Shown piece by piece: positions 27,537-37,362 of a stretch of 64,000 nucleotides of DNA. Made by a program: the position numbers and the translations under genes. The first letter of the stretch is position 1. Each line of letters starts with the position of its first letter. The notes beneath the pieces are model-generated. The model saw nothing but the letters and a program-made list of their open reading frames with translations, ran no database searches and had not been told where the DNA came from. This DNA is from a virus, in the IMG/VR virus record IMGVR_UViG_3300044675_001894, positions 32,858-96,857 of that record; one strand, 5' to 3'.

Positions 27537-27854
27537 TTACATCCCCAAACTTTGCATTGAATAGCGACTAGAACCTGAGAAGTTGTCTTCCATGAATGTA
27601 CCATCACGGAACATTACAGGAGCGCCAGAAACCCATGAACGATTTGAAGCCGCATAACGGTCAATGTTCAGTACATCCATGATGCCCATTGTCTGTTTCT
27701 CAAAGCCACGGTTTTGTGGGAACACTTGCTGTGGGTAGACAGGGCGAATCTTGCGAATGGTGTCTGGATCAGATATGGCGTTCTGCAATGCCATATCAAC
27801 GAGCATCTCGGTGTGAGACTGCCACGGGCGTGAAGGTGGGACTTGTTGAGCCAT
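27537..27854 (-). CDS. hypothetical protein
   Basis: Tightly packed ORF. Confidence 0.7.
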   Translation of the reverse strand: MAQQVPPSRPWQSHTEMLVDMALQNAISDPDTIRKIRPVYPQQVFPQNRGFEKQTMGIMDVLNIDRYAASNRSWVSGAPVMFRDGTFMEDNFSGSSRYSMQSLGM

Positions 27855-27857
27855 TAG

Positions 27858-28268
27858 TTAGTTGTACCAACCGTTTTTGTACTTATCTTCACGGCTTTCA
27901 CGCTCAGGTAACTTAGGACGTGGCATACCGTATGGGTTTGCATCGTCATTACCACTCTTCTTAGGCTTGTCTTTACCAGCATCACCAGTTTTAGTCTTAG
28001 GCTTCTTTGGTGGTTGTTTGCCACCTTCGCCTGCCATGGCTTTGTAAATGTTGCGTGGGGACAAGTCAGAGATACGTGCTTCTTGACCCGTGTACTCAGG
28101 GGTGTTGGGGTCATCCAAATCTGGATTTCCTGGACTACCCATAAGGGCGTTCTTAAGGCGACTAGCGCCTTTTTGCAGACCACCAGACGCAGGATGGTTG
28201 CGCATCTTGTATGCGTTCATGTCAACAATACGTGCACCGTTGCGTGATTCGTCATTACCTTTTGCCAT
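27858..28268 (-). CDS. Lys/Pro-rich hypothetical protein
   Basis: Tightly packed ORF. Confidence 0.7.
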   Translation of the reverse strand: MAKGNDESRNGARIVDMNAYKMRNHPASGGLQKGASRLKNALMGSPGNPDLDDPNTPEYTGQEARISDLSPRNIYKAMAGEGGKQPPKKPKTKTGDAGKDKPKKSGNDDANPYGMPRPKLPERESREDKYKNGWYN

Positions 28269-28270
28269 GG

Positions 28271-28762
28271 TTATTTCCAGTTCGGTGCTAGGGATTTGAG
28301 TTGAGAACGGCGTTGAAGGCTGATTTCTGTAGCCTCTTCACGCTTTTGGTCTCGTGAAATACCACGAGGACCGACCTTGCCATCATTAGTAAGACGCACA
28401 GGCTCTGCACCAGTTGGCGCAAACTTCAAACCTTGTGCTTGATACTGAAGAGCAGTATAAAGGTTGAACTCATCGGGCCAAATGTAATCGCCCGCATTAA
28501 TCCGTTCACCTTTATGCACACCACGTGAGTACTGGCGAGCATTCATTCGGCTGAGTGAGCCGAGGATCTTGTCTTGACGGCGGTTAGCCGACATGGTGCC
28601 AAGGTATCCGTCTGGATACTGGGTGTCAGCGCCTGTCTGGTAACCAGATAGCGCTAGGTCTTTGGCGTTGCGGAATACTGGGCTAGGACCAAAGTCGGAC
28701 TGCGTGCCTACACCGTTTTGCGCCGCTGGAGTCATCCATGATGTAAAAGTGTTTTTGCTCAT
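28271..28762 (-). CDS. hypothetical protein
   Basis: YPDGYLGT...RR.D and Y.RGVHKGERI. Confidence 0.75.
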   Translation of the reverse strand: MSKNTFTSWMTPAAQNGVGTQSDFGPSPVFRNAKDLALSGYQTGADTQYPDGYLGTMSANRRQDKILGSLSRMNARQYSRGVHKGERINAGDYIWPDEFNLYTALQYQAQGLKFAPTGAEPVRLTNDGKVGPRGISRDQKREEATEISLQRRSQLKSLAPNWK

Positions 28763-28926
28763 ATGCCCGTTTGACCTTGTCCGCTCGGACTGAGCAGACC
28801 ACCCATTATACCTCCACCTAGAGGTGAGATTGGGCGTATTGCATAGCGGGCACCGCCACGCTCACCAGTCATAGATGCAGGAGTCCTACCGATAGTAGGT
28901 TTGCGAGGCTTCTTCTTGGAAGCCAT
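28759..28926 (-). CDS. small basic Gly-rich protein (55 aa)
   Basis: Hand-translated MASKKKPRKPTIGR...; fills the gap with ATGA coupling. Confidence 0.55.
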   Translation of the reverse strand: MASKKKPRKPTIGRTPASMTGERGGARYAIRPISPLGGGIMGGLLSPSGQGQTGI

Positions 28927-28928
28927 GG

Positions 28929-29555
28929 TCACATCTCGTTAGGTTTTTTGGCTTTAGGGTTAGGAATTGTTGCCTTCGGGTAAGTCTTGTTGGCAACTGA
29001 AGGTGCATCAATGCGCTTAGTGCGCTTGCTAGGTTTGTCATTAGGCAACAATGCCATGCGCCGTTCACGCTTTGCTTTACGGGTTGCGTTTAGTTTTTCT
29101 GAAGCCATTGCTTTAACAGTTGCATTGCGCTCTTCAACATACTTGTCTCTGCCAGCCATGTACTCATCATGAGTAGCAGGGGTGCCTACAGTTCTACCCA
29201 GTAAACGTGGATGGTTCTTTTCTAGTTGCTCAGGTGACGCTGTTTTACCTGTTGACTCAAGTCTTTCAACTGTTTGGGTATTTGGGTCACGCAAAGCAAT
29301 ACGGACGTTTCCTACATCACCAATGTGGCTTGTCTTGGTTGAAGTGTTGCGCTCAATTTTAATACGGTTAGTCCACTTGACTGGATACCCAGCATCGTCT
29401 GGACCCAATGTCCCTGCTTCACGGGCAGGAGTGTGGATCATAGGAACAACAGTTTCAGTAGGTTCTTCTGAAGACTTACCAGTGTTTGGTAGATCCCAAA
29501 TCTTAAATGAAGACTCTGAACTTGCTCCAGATGCGAAGTGGTCTTTACGAGCCAT
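28929..29555 (-). CDS. basic hypothetical protein
   Basis: 208 aa ORF. Confidence 0.7.
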   Translation of the reverse strand: MARKDHFASGASSESSFKIWDLPNTGKSSEEPTETVVPMIHTPAREAGTLGPDDAGYPVKWTNRIKIERNTSTKTSHIGDVGNVRIALRDPNTQTVERLESTGKTASPEQLEKNHPRLLGRTVGTPATHDEYMAGRDKYVEERNATVKAMASEKLNATRKAKRERRMALLPNDKPSKRTKRIDAPSVANKTYPKATIPNPKAKKPNEM

Positions 29556-29806
29556 TAACGACCAGATACATCGTATGGTTTGGCGTAACCGTTCTTCATG
29601 CCCCAGTCTTTATCCATCTGTGATAAGCGTGCATCAACTTGCGGAGTTGTCATTGCTGGCTTACCACCTGATCCCAGTTTTCCTTGGGCATCAAGTTGCT
29701 TAGGAGAGCCAGTTGGGCGAGTTGTTACCCATGATGGTGGTTGTGGTGGAGCGCTACGCATACCACGATGTGGTTCGTTATTTGAAATACGGCTGTGGAT
29801 GCTCAT
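29555..29806 (-). CDS. hypothetical protein
   Basis: Coupled ORF. Confidence 0.6.
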   Translation of the reverse strand: MSIHSRISNNEPHRGMRSAPPQPPSWVTTRPTGSPKQLDAQGKLGSGGKPAMTTPQVDARLSQMDKDWGMKNGYAKPYDVSGR

Positions 29807-29811
29807 GGCTG

Positions 29812-30102
29812 TTAGTAACCTGCTTCTTTCAACCAACTATCATCTTCTTTAGCGGTTGCTTGAGGTTCAGCCGCTTTTGCACGGATTCCGTCACCCCACA
29901 CATCTCGCTTCATGTTTCCAACCTCATCTTGTTCGTAAGCCCTGTTTTGAGGAGCCAGAGGTTTTCCGTTTTTGCCATAACCACCAGATGAAAATACGTT
30001 TTGTGCACCTGGAACGTACGCTTGACCTGGTTGGGTGAACTGTTTCTTCTTTGCTGGGTACTCAGGGTACGAACCACCACGAATCTTGCTAAAAATGCCC
30101 AT
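29812..30102 (-). CDS. hypothetical protein
   Basis: Tightly packed ORF. Confidence 0.65.
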   Translation of the reverse strand: MGIFSKIRGGSYPEYPAKKKQFTQPGQAYVPGAQNVFSSGGYGKNGKPLAPQNRAYEQDEVGNMKRDVWGDGIRAKAAEPQATAKEDDSWLKEAGY

Positions 30103-30104
30103 AG

Positions 30105-30311
30105 TTAGTCTTCTACTTTCGTCAAAAAGGATTTAGAGGAATCATAATCAGGATGCTTTTCCATACCTGCTGGCATGTCAAGGTCATCACTGTCTTGTGT
30201 TACGCCGTGAGGGTCATCCCCACGACCTGCATTGTAAGCACGATGGTGCACCATTTTTGAACGGGCAGCGGCTGGAAGAGTGCCTCGCAATTTTGGGCTG
30301 ATATCTGCCAC
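30105..30311 (-). CDS. hypothetical protein
   Basis: Tightly packed ORF. Confidence 0.6.
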   Translation of the reverse strand: MADISPKLRGTLPAAARSKMVHHRAYNAGRGDDPHGVTQDSDDLDMPAGMEKHPDYDSSKSFLTKVED

Positions 30312-30313
30312 GA

Positions 30314-30604
30314 CTACCTCACAATTGGTTTGAAGGAGATAGCCGAAATGGATTCTCCGTTATCACCAATAATATCATCAAACCCAATAATGTAAGTAAG
30401 ATCCACACCACGTGGGGCAACAAAGCCTCTGGCAATTGCGGCGGCTTTTGCGGCTTGGTTGACTGCGCTTGCACCAATCGCTCGCATCTTTGGCGCTTGC
30501 CCTGCGTTCACTGCACGAGCAAGAATGGATCCAACGCTCTGTGGGTTGCTGGAACCCGAGACTTTGAGGACGTCTTCAATTGGGGAATTAAGTTCTTGTG
30601 ACAT
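30314..30604 (-). CDS. spoVS: SpoVS-family (Alba-like) nucleic-acid-binding protein
   Basis: LKVS..SNP.SV..., AIGA.AVNQA.KA.AIARGFVAP.G.DL. Confidence 0.9.
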   Translation of the reverse strand: MSQELNSPIEDVLKVSGSSNPQSVGSILARAVNAGQAPKMRAIGASAVNQAAKAAAIARGFVAPRGVDLTYIIGFDDIIGDNGESISAISFKPIVR

Positions 30605-30648
30605 GTTTGTACTCCTAATAGAACAATGAATTAAATTGTTCCCAAAGT

Positions 30649-31014
30649 TTAGAAGTACTCTGCCTCTTTCAAGAGTTCTATCAGGTCATCTAGCCTCATC
30701 ACAGCGTACGACTCACCCAACGCTTTTTCCCCTTTACCTTTCCTCTTCACTACCAACGCAGGAACGCCGTCACCTAGACGATCCGCCTGCTCTACAGTGT
30801 CATTGAGCCAACCACTGATGTTAAATGACTTGTCGTTCTTGCACTGGATCGCAACCTCACGTTCGGTAACACGGCGCACAATGCCATTGATGTCACCTGT
30901 GTCCATGGCTCCAGCAAGGGCTGTTCTGCGGGCATTACGAAACCCTGCACCGATCAAGTAGTCCTTGACCAAAGTCTCAAAGGCTGTTCCTTTGGCTTTG
31001 TGTTTGTTACCCAT
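30649..31014 (-). CDS. Holliday junction resolvase (PD-(D/E)XK)
   Basis: KAKGTAFE, D.GDI and IQCKN. Confidence 0.8.
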   Translation of the reverse strand: MGNKHKAKGTAFETLVKDYLIGAGFRNARRTALAGAMDTGDINGIVRRVTEREVAIQCKNDKSFNISGWLNDTVEQADRLGDGVPALVVKRKGKGEKALGESYAVMRLDDLIELLKEAEYF

Positions 31015-31026
31015 TACTTAACTCCT

Positions 31027-31812
31027 TTACTTATACTTTGTGATGACAGGGTACCCAGTCAGTGGGCACATTTCTAAGTCTGGCGATACTGGGCTGGTGT
31101 AACTGCGGACAAGCAAACGTTGAACCCAACGGTCGGTCCCGTCATAACTGGCTTGGAATGGCTTACGACCATGGACGGTGTTGGAGTTGTCAATAATCAA
31201 AAGGTCACCTCTAGTTAATGCTATTTCGTTAGTGTGCTTCTCTATTGCACGACCAAACTCTTCTAAAGCATCTTGAGCCGCCGCTGTAGTGCCACGCATG
31301 ACGGACTTGTCGTAGCACATGGTGCTACGCCCATCCTTAACTCCTAATACAGAAGTTGTAACAACAGTGTCAGGTTCCCCATGCGTTCTAAAACTATCGT
31401 CAACAGTTGTTTCAAATAGAGGCATTGACAATAGCGCAATACAAACGTCATCTAACTCGGGCAAGATGTTTTGCAACTGCGCATAAGTTGTAAAGGCTTG
31501 TGGATCACCACGTAGGCACAGCAACATAATGTAGTCAGGCTTGTACGGGTGAAAGGCTGTTTCAGTATGGAGCGCCAAGGTTGTTTTAGATGACGAAGAT
31601 ATCTGTGAGTACTCAGTCTTTGGGTTGGGCACAATGTTTTGAATCAGTCTGCCGTTTTGTTCTTGTTTATAACCTACTGGTACGCCAAGGTTCTTTGCGT
31701 AATGAAACAAGGTGTCACGAGCAATAGGACAAGTATCCTCAGAGATGTTTGGTGTGATTGGTGTGGTTGGTATTGGACCAACGGGCACATCTTTAAACAG
31801 AACAATGGTCAT
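31027..31812 (-). CDS. TauD/clavaminate synthase-like 2OG-Fe(II) oxygenase
   Basis: HTE.AF, PDY..LLCLRGD and DN...VHGR..F....DG.DRW..R. Confidence 0.85.
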   Translation of the reverse strand: MTIVLFKDVPVGPIPTTPITPNISEDTCPIARDTLFHYAKNLGVPVGYKQEQNGRLIQNIVPNPKTEYSQISSSSKTTLALHTETAFHPYKPDYIMLLCLRGDPQAFTTYAQLQNILPELDDVCIALLSMPLFETTVDDSFRTHGEPDTVVTTSVLGVKDGRSTMCYDKSVMRGTTAAAQDALEEFGRAIEKHTNEIALTRGDLLIIDNSNTVHGRKPFQASYDGTDRWVQRLLVRSYTSPVSPDLEMCPLTGYPVITKYK

Positions 31813-32333
31813 GGGTTATATCGTGCTTGTCTACGCTCCTGCGGAGCAATGCTGATACGGCGACTAAGTTCTCGGGACAATACCTGTGCACCACGCTCAC
31901 AGCGTTCAAACACTGAGTCCACCATCTTGCGGTATGCACGGGAGTTCAAATGTTCTTCCTGCTGTTCAATAACATCAGGGTCAACATCTCGGCGGGCTTT
32001 AGCCAATGTCACTGTGTCACCTTTAGCGGTGTCACTCCATTGTCCGATTAAGCATCGTGCTTCAACGATCCGACAATTGTTTGCTTGTCGCTCTTCGCTG
32101 ATTTCTGCTTCTACCAATTCTGCTTTGGCGTATGACACCCACGCCATGAACTCTCCATAGAGAGCCATTAGTTCAGCGTCTGATAACTCGTCCAGATACT
32201 GGGGTACCTGTGGCATCTCCCCCGCTGGTCGTGGGGGCATCGTGAACTTCTGATTGAACTTCTCCCTCACTGAGGAGTTGTCCTGTGAAGGGTTTGTCAT
32301 TGTCATCGGTTCTGGTCGCAGTATTGTTCGCAT
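31809..32333 (-). CDS. helical hypothetical protein (possible recombination mediator)
   Basis: Helical; LSRELSRR; near recA. Confidence 0.6.
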   Translation of the reverse strand: MRTILRPEPMTMTNPSQDNSSVREKFNQKFTMPPRPAGEMPQVPQYLDELSDAELMALYGEFMAWVSYAKAELVEAEISEERQANNCRIVEARCLIGQWSDTAKGDTVTLAKARRDVDPDVIEQQEEHLNSRAYRKMVDSVFERCERGAQVLSRELSRRISIAPQERRQARYNP

Positions 32334-33201
32334 CGTTTTCCTTCCAGCATGTGTTTTTGAATGGGCATTGCTTGCATGTCTTATGTTCTGAGTCCGTTAC
32401 CCACGCTGGACGCATGGGTGGGACTGATGAATCTAGCGCCCGAACTACCGTTTCGCAAGCGCTAAGAATCGGATCAACTAGTTCCTGTTGGAACTGGACT
32501 ACGAACTCTTTTACTTCTTGGGTGGCTTTCCATTCGTAGATAAACACCATGGTATGAATGCCTGTGCAGTACATGTACAACATGGCTTGACGGACATGAG
32601 ACTGAAACGGTTGACGGATGCGTTTCCACATCTCATCAGGTTTACCTTCAGACTCTTTAAATATGTCATAACTCTCAAAACGGATGGTGCCAGCGCCAAC
32701 ACTCTTAATCTCAATAAGAAATGGCTCTTCTTTCCCGTTGTTGACAATACCGTCAGCATGCCCAAGGATATGAAATTGATCGTTGGTTACAGGAACTTCA
32801 CGATAGATAGGACCAGGGGTCCCGCATGATGGGCACTTTTGTGGACTCAAATCTACCCATTTGTGACTACAAATATCGTTCTTGCACTGCCACGTACCGT
32901 GGAGAACGCCTGCGTCACGAAGCCACCCTTGCCACTTGGCATGAATAGCGTGACCTTCTGCAAAGACGTTCAAGCGTTGAAACGCAAACTTCTCGTCTTC
33001 TTTCTCATAACCCTTGATGGTGTACCAAGACGAACGAGGGCACCAATCCTTTTTAGCAATCTCGCTTGGGTGTAGGTGAGCAGTGTCTCGTGTAGATGAC
33101 AAGCGCTCTTTGATTAACTGAGCCTGCACAATAGGAATGACCTTACCTTTGCTGGTAAGAGCCTTCTTATATTCCTGTAAGTGCCATGGTGTTTCAGTCA
33201 T
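32173..33201 (-). CDS. Cas4-like PD-(D/E)XK exonuclease
   Basis: HPSE....CPR, GHADG, EIKS, Q..LY and C..CPF...C. Confidence 0.85.
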   Translation of the reverse strand: MTETPWHLQEYKKALTSKGKVIPIVQAQLIKERLSSTRDTAHLHPSEIAKKDWCPRSSWYTIKGYEKEDEKFAFQRLNVFAEGHAIHAKWQGWLRDAGVLHGTWQCKNDICSHKWVDLSPQKCPSCGTPGPIYREVPVTNDQFHILGHADGIVNNGKEEPFLIEIKSVGAGTIRFESYDIFKESEGKPDEMWKRIRQPFQSHVRQAMLYMYCTGIHTMVFIYEWKATQEVKEFVVQFQQELVDPILSACETVVRALDSSVPPMRPAWVTDSEHKTCKQCPFKNTCWKENDANNTATRTDDNDKPFTGQLLSEGEVQSEVHDAPTTSGGDATGTPVSGRVIRR

Positions 33202-33529
33202 CGTTTATCCCGCTCATCTCTAGAAAGTCATCTTCAGTAATTATCACGTACCTACGGTTGTTAAGGTCAAACTGCAATACAGGAAGGCGATCTTCCAAGA
33301 TGGCACGTTCAACTAACTCTGATAGGTCTTTATGTTTAATGGTGATTTGTTTGGTGTTGGTGGTGAACTTGTTCTCAATCAAGATATCGGCAGTGCGTAC
33401 GTCATTCTTACGCAACCAACCTGATCCTGAGCCTGCATTACGACTTCCTTTGTAGGACTTAGCGCTTCGCTGTTCCTGTTTCTTGGATGTCTTATTAATG
33501 GCTTTGCGGTCGTCACCACCAAGGATCAT
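33194..33529 (-). CDS. PD-(D/E)XK nuclease/resolvase-like protein
   Basis: QE, GSG....KNDV.....IENK. Confidence 0.7.
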   Translation of the reverse strand: MILGGDDRKAINKTSKKQEQRSAKSYKGSRNAGSGSGWLRKNDVRTADILIENKFTTNTKQITIKHKDLSELVERAILEDRLPVLQFDLNNRRYVIITEDDFLEMSGINDD

Positions 33530-34542
33530 TCAAGACCAAACTTTGCAAACACTTCTTTAGTGATCTTGTCTCGCAAGTCAAGGTCTTCACGAACTGCTTG
33601 AAGCACTCCGTCTTTACCTTGCCACTTTTGGTCTCCGTAGGAGTAGTAGGCACCTGCACGGGTAACCAACTCATAAGCAATTGCAATGTTGACAACGTCT
33701 TTTACAGTGTCATACTCACCACGACTGAATCCTGTGGTATCTGCAAAGTAGTAGTCAACTACAGCAACTTGCTGTGGTCGGTACGTCTTGTTCTTCATGG
33801 TACGAGCCTTGATCGTTTGACCTACGGTCTCGTCCTTGGCTTTGATCCACTCGTCACGCTTTACTTCAACACGGCAGAAGTAATGGAAGTTCTTAGCCTT
33901 ACCACCTGGGGTAGTGCGGTTGTCTCCCCACATCACACCAATCTTCTCACGCCACTGGTTGATCATGATGCCTGTGCACTGGCGCTCATCATGAATCAGT
34001 GAGCGCTTCTGTGACTTAGAAGACTTGCGGAAGAACTTACCTGTGAGGCGAGCACCAAGACCTACGGTGAACTCTTCCATCATCTTTTCTGATTCGTCAC
34101 TTGGTACGAGAGCAGGGAGTGAGTCAATCACGATCATGTCAACGGCACGGTTGTCCAGTGCTTTAATGACAAGGTCATAAACCTGTTCCATGATGTTGGA
34201 CTCAACGACCCACAAACGGTCAAGGTCTACACCAATGCTCTTAGCATAATCAGGTACGTATTCTTCAGCCGCAATCCAAAGCGCTGTAAAGTCTGGGTCA
34301 AGTGCTTGGTTAGCCGCAATGGTCTTGTATGCAAGTGCAGTCTTACCTGAAGACTCTTCACCGATGATTTCACTCCACTGGTTAGCAGGCCAGCCTCCAC
34401 CAAGCATGAGGTCATAAGCAAGAATGCCTGTGGTGATGCGAGGCATTAACTCACGAACGGAACTGCCCTTAACGAGCGTGCCGTCTCCGTACTTCTTGTT
34501 CATCGCATTGATGATTGAATTGAGTGATTCGTAATCAGTCAT
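33526..34542 (-). CDS. recA: RecA-like recombinase
   Basis: GEESSGKT, IDSLPAL, INQWREKIG and TPGGKA. Confidence 0.93.
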   Translation of the reverse strand: MTDYESLNSIINAMNKKYGDGTLVKGSSVRELMPRITTGILAYDLMLGGGWPANQWSEIIGEESSGKTALAYKTIAANQALDPDFTALWIAAEEYVPDYAKSIGVDLDRLWVVESNIMEQVYDLVIKALDNRAVDMIVIDSLPALVPSDESEKMMEEFTVGLGARLTGKFFRKSSKSQKRSLIHDERQCTGIMINQWREKIGVMWGDNRTTPGGKAKNFHYFCRVEVKRDEWIKAKDETVGQTIKARTMKNKTYRPQQVAVVDYYFADTTGFSRGEYDTVKDVVNIAIAYELVTRAGAYYSYGDQKWQGKDGVLQAVREDLDLRDKITKEVFAKFGLE

Positions 34543-34932
34543 TTAAACTCCCCAACTAGATCCGTCGCCTTGTGAAAACCTTCCGTTCCAACCACACGCA
34601 TAACAACGTGGTGCTGGCTGTGCTCCGTTGATCATACTGTTTGATCCTCGTCCTACACGGCTAAATACATAAATACTTCCGCATTCAGGACAAGTTGAGT
34701 TGCCTTCTTTACGAGCCGCTTCTCCACCTTTCCACAAGCGAATTGCATCACTCATGTTTAGTTGGTCAGTCGGTAAACGATTAGGGTCTAACAACTCTTG
34801 GTTACCCTGTTGTACTTGCTGTTGTGGTTGTGCAACAGGGAAATTTAGAACAGGAGAAGTTGGGGGTGTTGCATACGTGCGAGGTGTTGTTGGCTTCTCC
34901 CCTGCAATCTTTTTACTCCACCAGTCACTCAT
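34543..34932 (-). CDS. zinc-ribbon protein
   Basis: CPECGS...RCYACGW. Confidence 0.7.
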   Translation of the reverse strand: MSDWWSKKIAGEKPTTPRTYATPPTSPVLNFPVAQPQQQVQQGNQELLDPNRLPTDQLNMSDAIRLWKGGEAARKEGNSTCPECGSIYVFSRVGRGSNSMINGAQPAPRCYACGWNGRFSQGDGSSWGV

Positions 34933-35278
34933 CGTCTTCTTCCTCCATCAGGTTGTCTAACATTATTAAAATTCTCTCTGAGTCCGCAAGTTTGTTAACT
35001 GCCGCCATACCGAACACTGTCAATATGGCAACAATCTCATCTTTAGGGGACACTAGTTTATCCGATTTCTCTAGTAGATCAGCAAACCAGTTAGCGCCTT
35101 CTAAGATTTCATTGTAAATGTCAGTAGCAATAAAGACGCCCCATCGGGACAGTACATCTGCGTATTCCACTTCTCTTACATCTTCTGATGGTGGTGAAAA
35201 CCCCATAGTGCTGGCGTAGTCCTGCCCGTCAGGGACAGACAGCATAAGGTAGAAGTTACGCTGTTCTATTTCCTGCAT
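34925..35278 (-). CDS. hypothetical protein
   Basis: Coupled ORF. Confidence 0.65.
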   Translation of the reverse strand: MQEIEQRNFYLMLSVPDGQDYASTMGFSPPSEDVREVEYADVLSRWGVFIATDIYNEILEGANWFADLLEKSDKLVSPKDEIVAILTVFGMAAVNKLADSERILIMLDNLMEEEDDE

Positions 35279-37359
35279 TACTTAGCGTCTGCCCAGTTAT
35301 GTGCAACGTTGCAAGACACCTTGAGTGGTACGCCACGCAAGATAACACCGTCACCCATGGCTTCAATAAAACGTGGCATGATTTCCTCCCAAGAGTTCTC
35401 TGGTACAGCGGTCACGATTTCGTCATGAACCTGTACCAACATCCTAGTGTCAGTTCCTTGGAGGGCTTTTTCAATGTCAATCATGGCAATCTTGCATATA
35501 TCAGCCGCACTGCCTTGAACCACAGCGTTAATAGCCTGTCTCTCGGCTCTGGAGCGCTTCTCATCGTCTGTGGACTTGATATCGGGCAAACGGCGCCTAC
35601 GCCCCGTCAGAGTCGTTACGTAGCCTTTGGCACGGGCTTGGGACACAACATGGCGCTTCCACTGGGTTAGCCCTGCAAACTGCTCGTAGTAACGGTTGAT
35701 CATGTATTTGGCACGATCCTCAGGGATACCTGTAGTGCGAGCCAGTTTCATATAGCCACCGCCGTAAGCGGTCAAGAAGTTCACACCTTTACCAATTTGG
35801 CGTTCTTCGCTAGTTACCTCTGAAACGTCCTTGCCAAACAACAAAGCGGCGGCACCTGCGTGAATGTCAATGTCATTATTGAAGATGTGGATCAACTCAG
35901 GATCCTTAGAGAACATCGCCATGACTCGGAGTTCAATCTGGTCGTAGTCAGCCACCATCAAGGTGTAACCCTCGGGAGCAATAAAAAGGCTACGAATACT
36001 GGACTCACGAGGAATGTTCTGTAGGTTCGGATTAGAAGCAGACAAACGACCTGTAGCAGTTCGGTGCAGGTTGTATGACGGGTGCAAACGACCCTTGGAC
36101 AACTTAGGCAACAGTCCGTCAACATAAGTTGATTTAAGTTTCTGAGTTTCAGACCATTGCAAGAGCAACGTAATCGCTGGGTGCTTGGACTCCAGGCGCT
36201 TCAATGACTCTTCGTCTACTGATGGCGCTCCACCTTTGGTCTCCTTGAATGGTTTTAGTCCCAAACCACCTTCACGCTTCTTGTTAAACAAGAACGCTTG
36301 CTTGTGCTTTGTGGAGTCAGGGTTAAACCCAATTGGTGCGTACTTGGACAACTCCAACAGAGTGTCTCGCATCTTCCCGTCTAGTTCCTTACCAAGAATC
36401 TTTAACTGGAGATGGTCTACTGGGATGCCTTCGTTCTCCATCTGCATGAGTACACGAAGCACTGCGGAGTCTTGTTCAACAACTCGGGTCAGGTCATTAT
36501 GGTGCTGGAGGTAATTAGACAGACGCTCATAAAGCATCCATGTCCAACGGGCATCAAGGTGTACATAACGAGCCGCTGAATCAAATGGAACCTCATCAAT
36601 GATCTTGCCCAACTTACCTTCACGGGAATAGGCGTTGTGCTTGTCATAGTTATGTTGGATCAAACTTTCAAGTGAATAAGACATCAAGTTCTCATTGATG
36701 GCGTGCTGTAAGAGCATGGTGTCCCTGAATGGATTAGACGGGACTTCGTTGTAGTACTTGCTCAATGAGCGAGCATCAAACTTCACGTTGTGCCCAACTT
36801 TAATCAAGTCACTAAAAAACAAAGGGCGCAACTCTTCAAGTACAACGGAGCGAGACAGTTGCTCAGGTACTGGTGAGTATTGCGCTGGTATGTGGTAACG
36901 AGCCTTAGCGGTGGACTCTTGACCGCTCTTAAGAACTTTGCGGTAACCCTCAGGTGGGACAGTAGTACCGTCACCAATCTCCTCGGGTACCAAGATGGAA
37001 CCACGACTGTGCCCCATAGGGATTGCCCATGAGTGTCCTTTAGTAGCGATACCTAACCAAAAGACTTCGTTGCGCAAAGGATCAAGCGCAAGCATCTTGC
37101 GGTAATCGCCTTCTATTTTCTCCCGTGCTTTACGAGCGATGTCGGGGGAAGGGTTCTTGAGTTTTGCGACATGCGCTTTCCATTCCTTTTCAATGTGTTC
37201 AAGAAGGTCGGGATGGCGATCAAGGATTCCACGGGACTCAATGTCAAACGCAAAAGCCCCAACGTTTTGGATAACTTTGATGATTTCATGTAGTTCTGCG
37301 ATGGTAGACACAACATGGGGCGCTTGGCGCCCCATGTCATTGTCGTTAGTTGTGGTCAC
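35278..37359 (-). CDS. polA: family A DNA polymerase with 3'-5' exonuclease
   Basis: FDIE, HNVKFD, TATGRLS..PNLQNIP, DYDQIELR, K.VNF...YG and QVHDE. Confidence 0.95.
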   Translation of the reverse strand: MTTTNDNDMGRQAPHVVSTIAELHEIIKVIQNVGAFAFDIESRGILDRHPDLLEHIEKEWKAHVAKLKNPSPDIARKAREKIEGDYRKMLALDPLRNEVFWLGIATKGHSWAIPMGHSRGSILVPEEIGDGTTVPPEGYRKVLKSGQESTAKARYHIPAQYSPVPEQLSRSVVLEELRPLFFSDLIKVGHNVKFDARSLSKYYNEVPSNPFRDTMLLQHAINENLMSYSLESLIQHNYDKHNAYSREGKLGKIIDEVPFDSAARYVHLDARWTWMLYERLSNYLQHHNDLTRVVEQDSAVLRVLMQMENEGIPVDHLQLKILGKELDGKMRDTLLELSKYAPIGFNPDSTKHKQAFLFNKKREGGLGLKPFKETKGGAPSVDEESLKRLESKHPAITLLLQWSETQKLKSTYVDGLLPKLSKGRLHPSYNLHRTATGRLSASNPNLQNIPRESSIRSLFIAPEGYTLMVADYDQIELRVMAMFSKDPELIHIFNNDIDIHAGAAALLFGKDVSEVTSEERQIGKGVNFLTAYGGGYMKLARTTGIPEDRAKYMINRYYEQFAGLTQWKRHVVSQARAKGYVTTLTGRRRRLPDIKSTDDEKRSRAERQAINAVVQGSAADICKIAMIDIEKALQGTDTRMLVQVHDEIVTAVPENSWEEIMPRFIEAMGDGVILRGVPLKVSCNVAHNWADAK

Positions 37360-37362
37360 GGC

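Noticed and set aside
32173-33201. CRISPR-associated Cas4
   Set aside because: Stand-alone Cas4-like exonuclease in a recombination operon, common in phages.
35278-37359. Intein or intron in the polymerase (also checked RecA and DnaB)
   Set aside because: No C/S...HN splice motifs or homing endonuclease motifs; lengths near normal.
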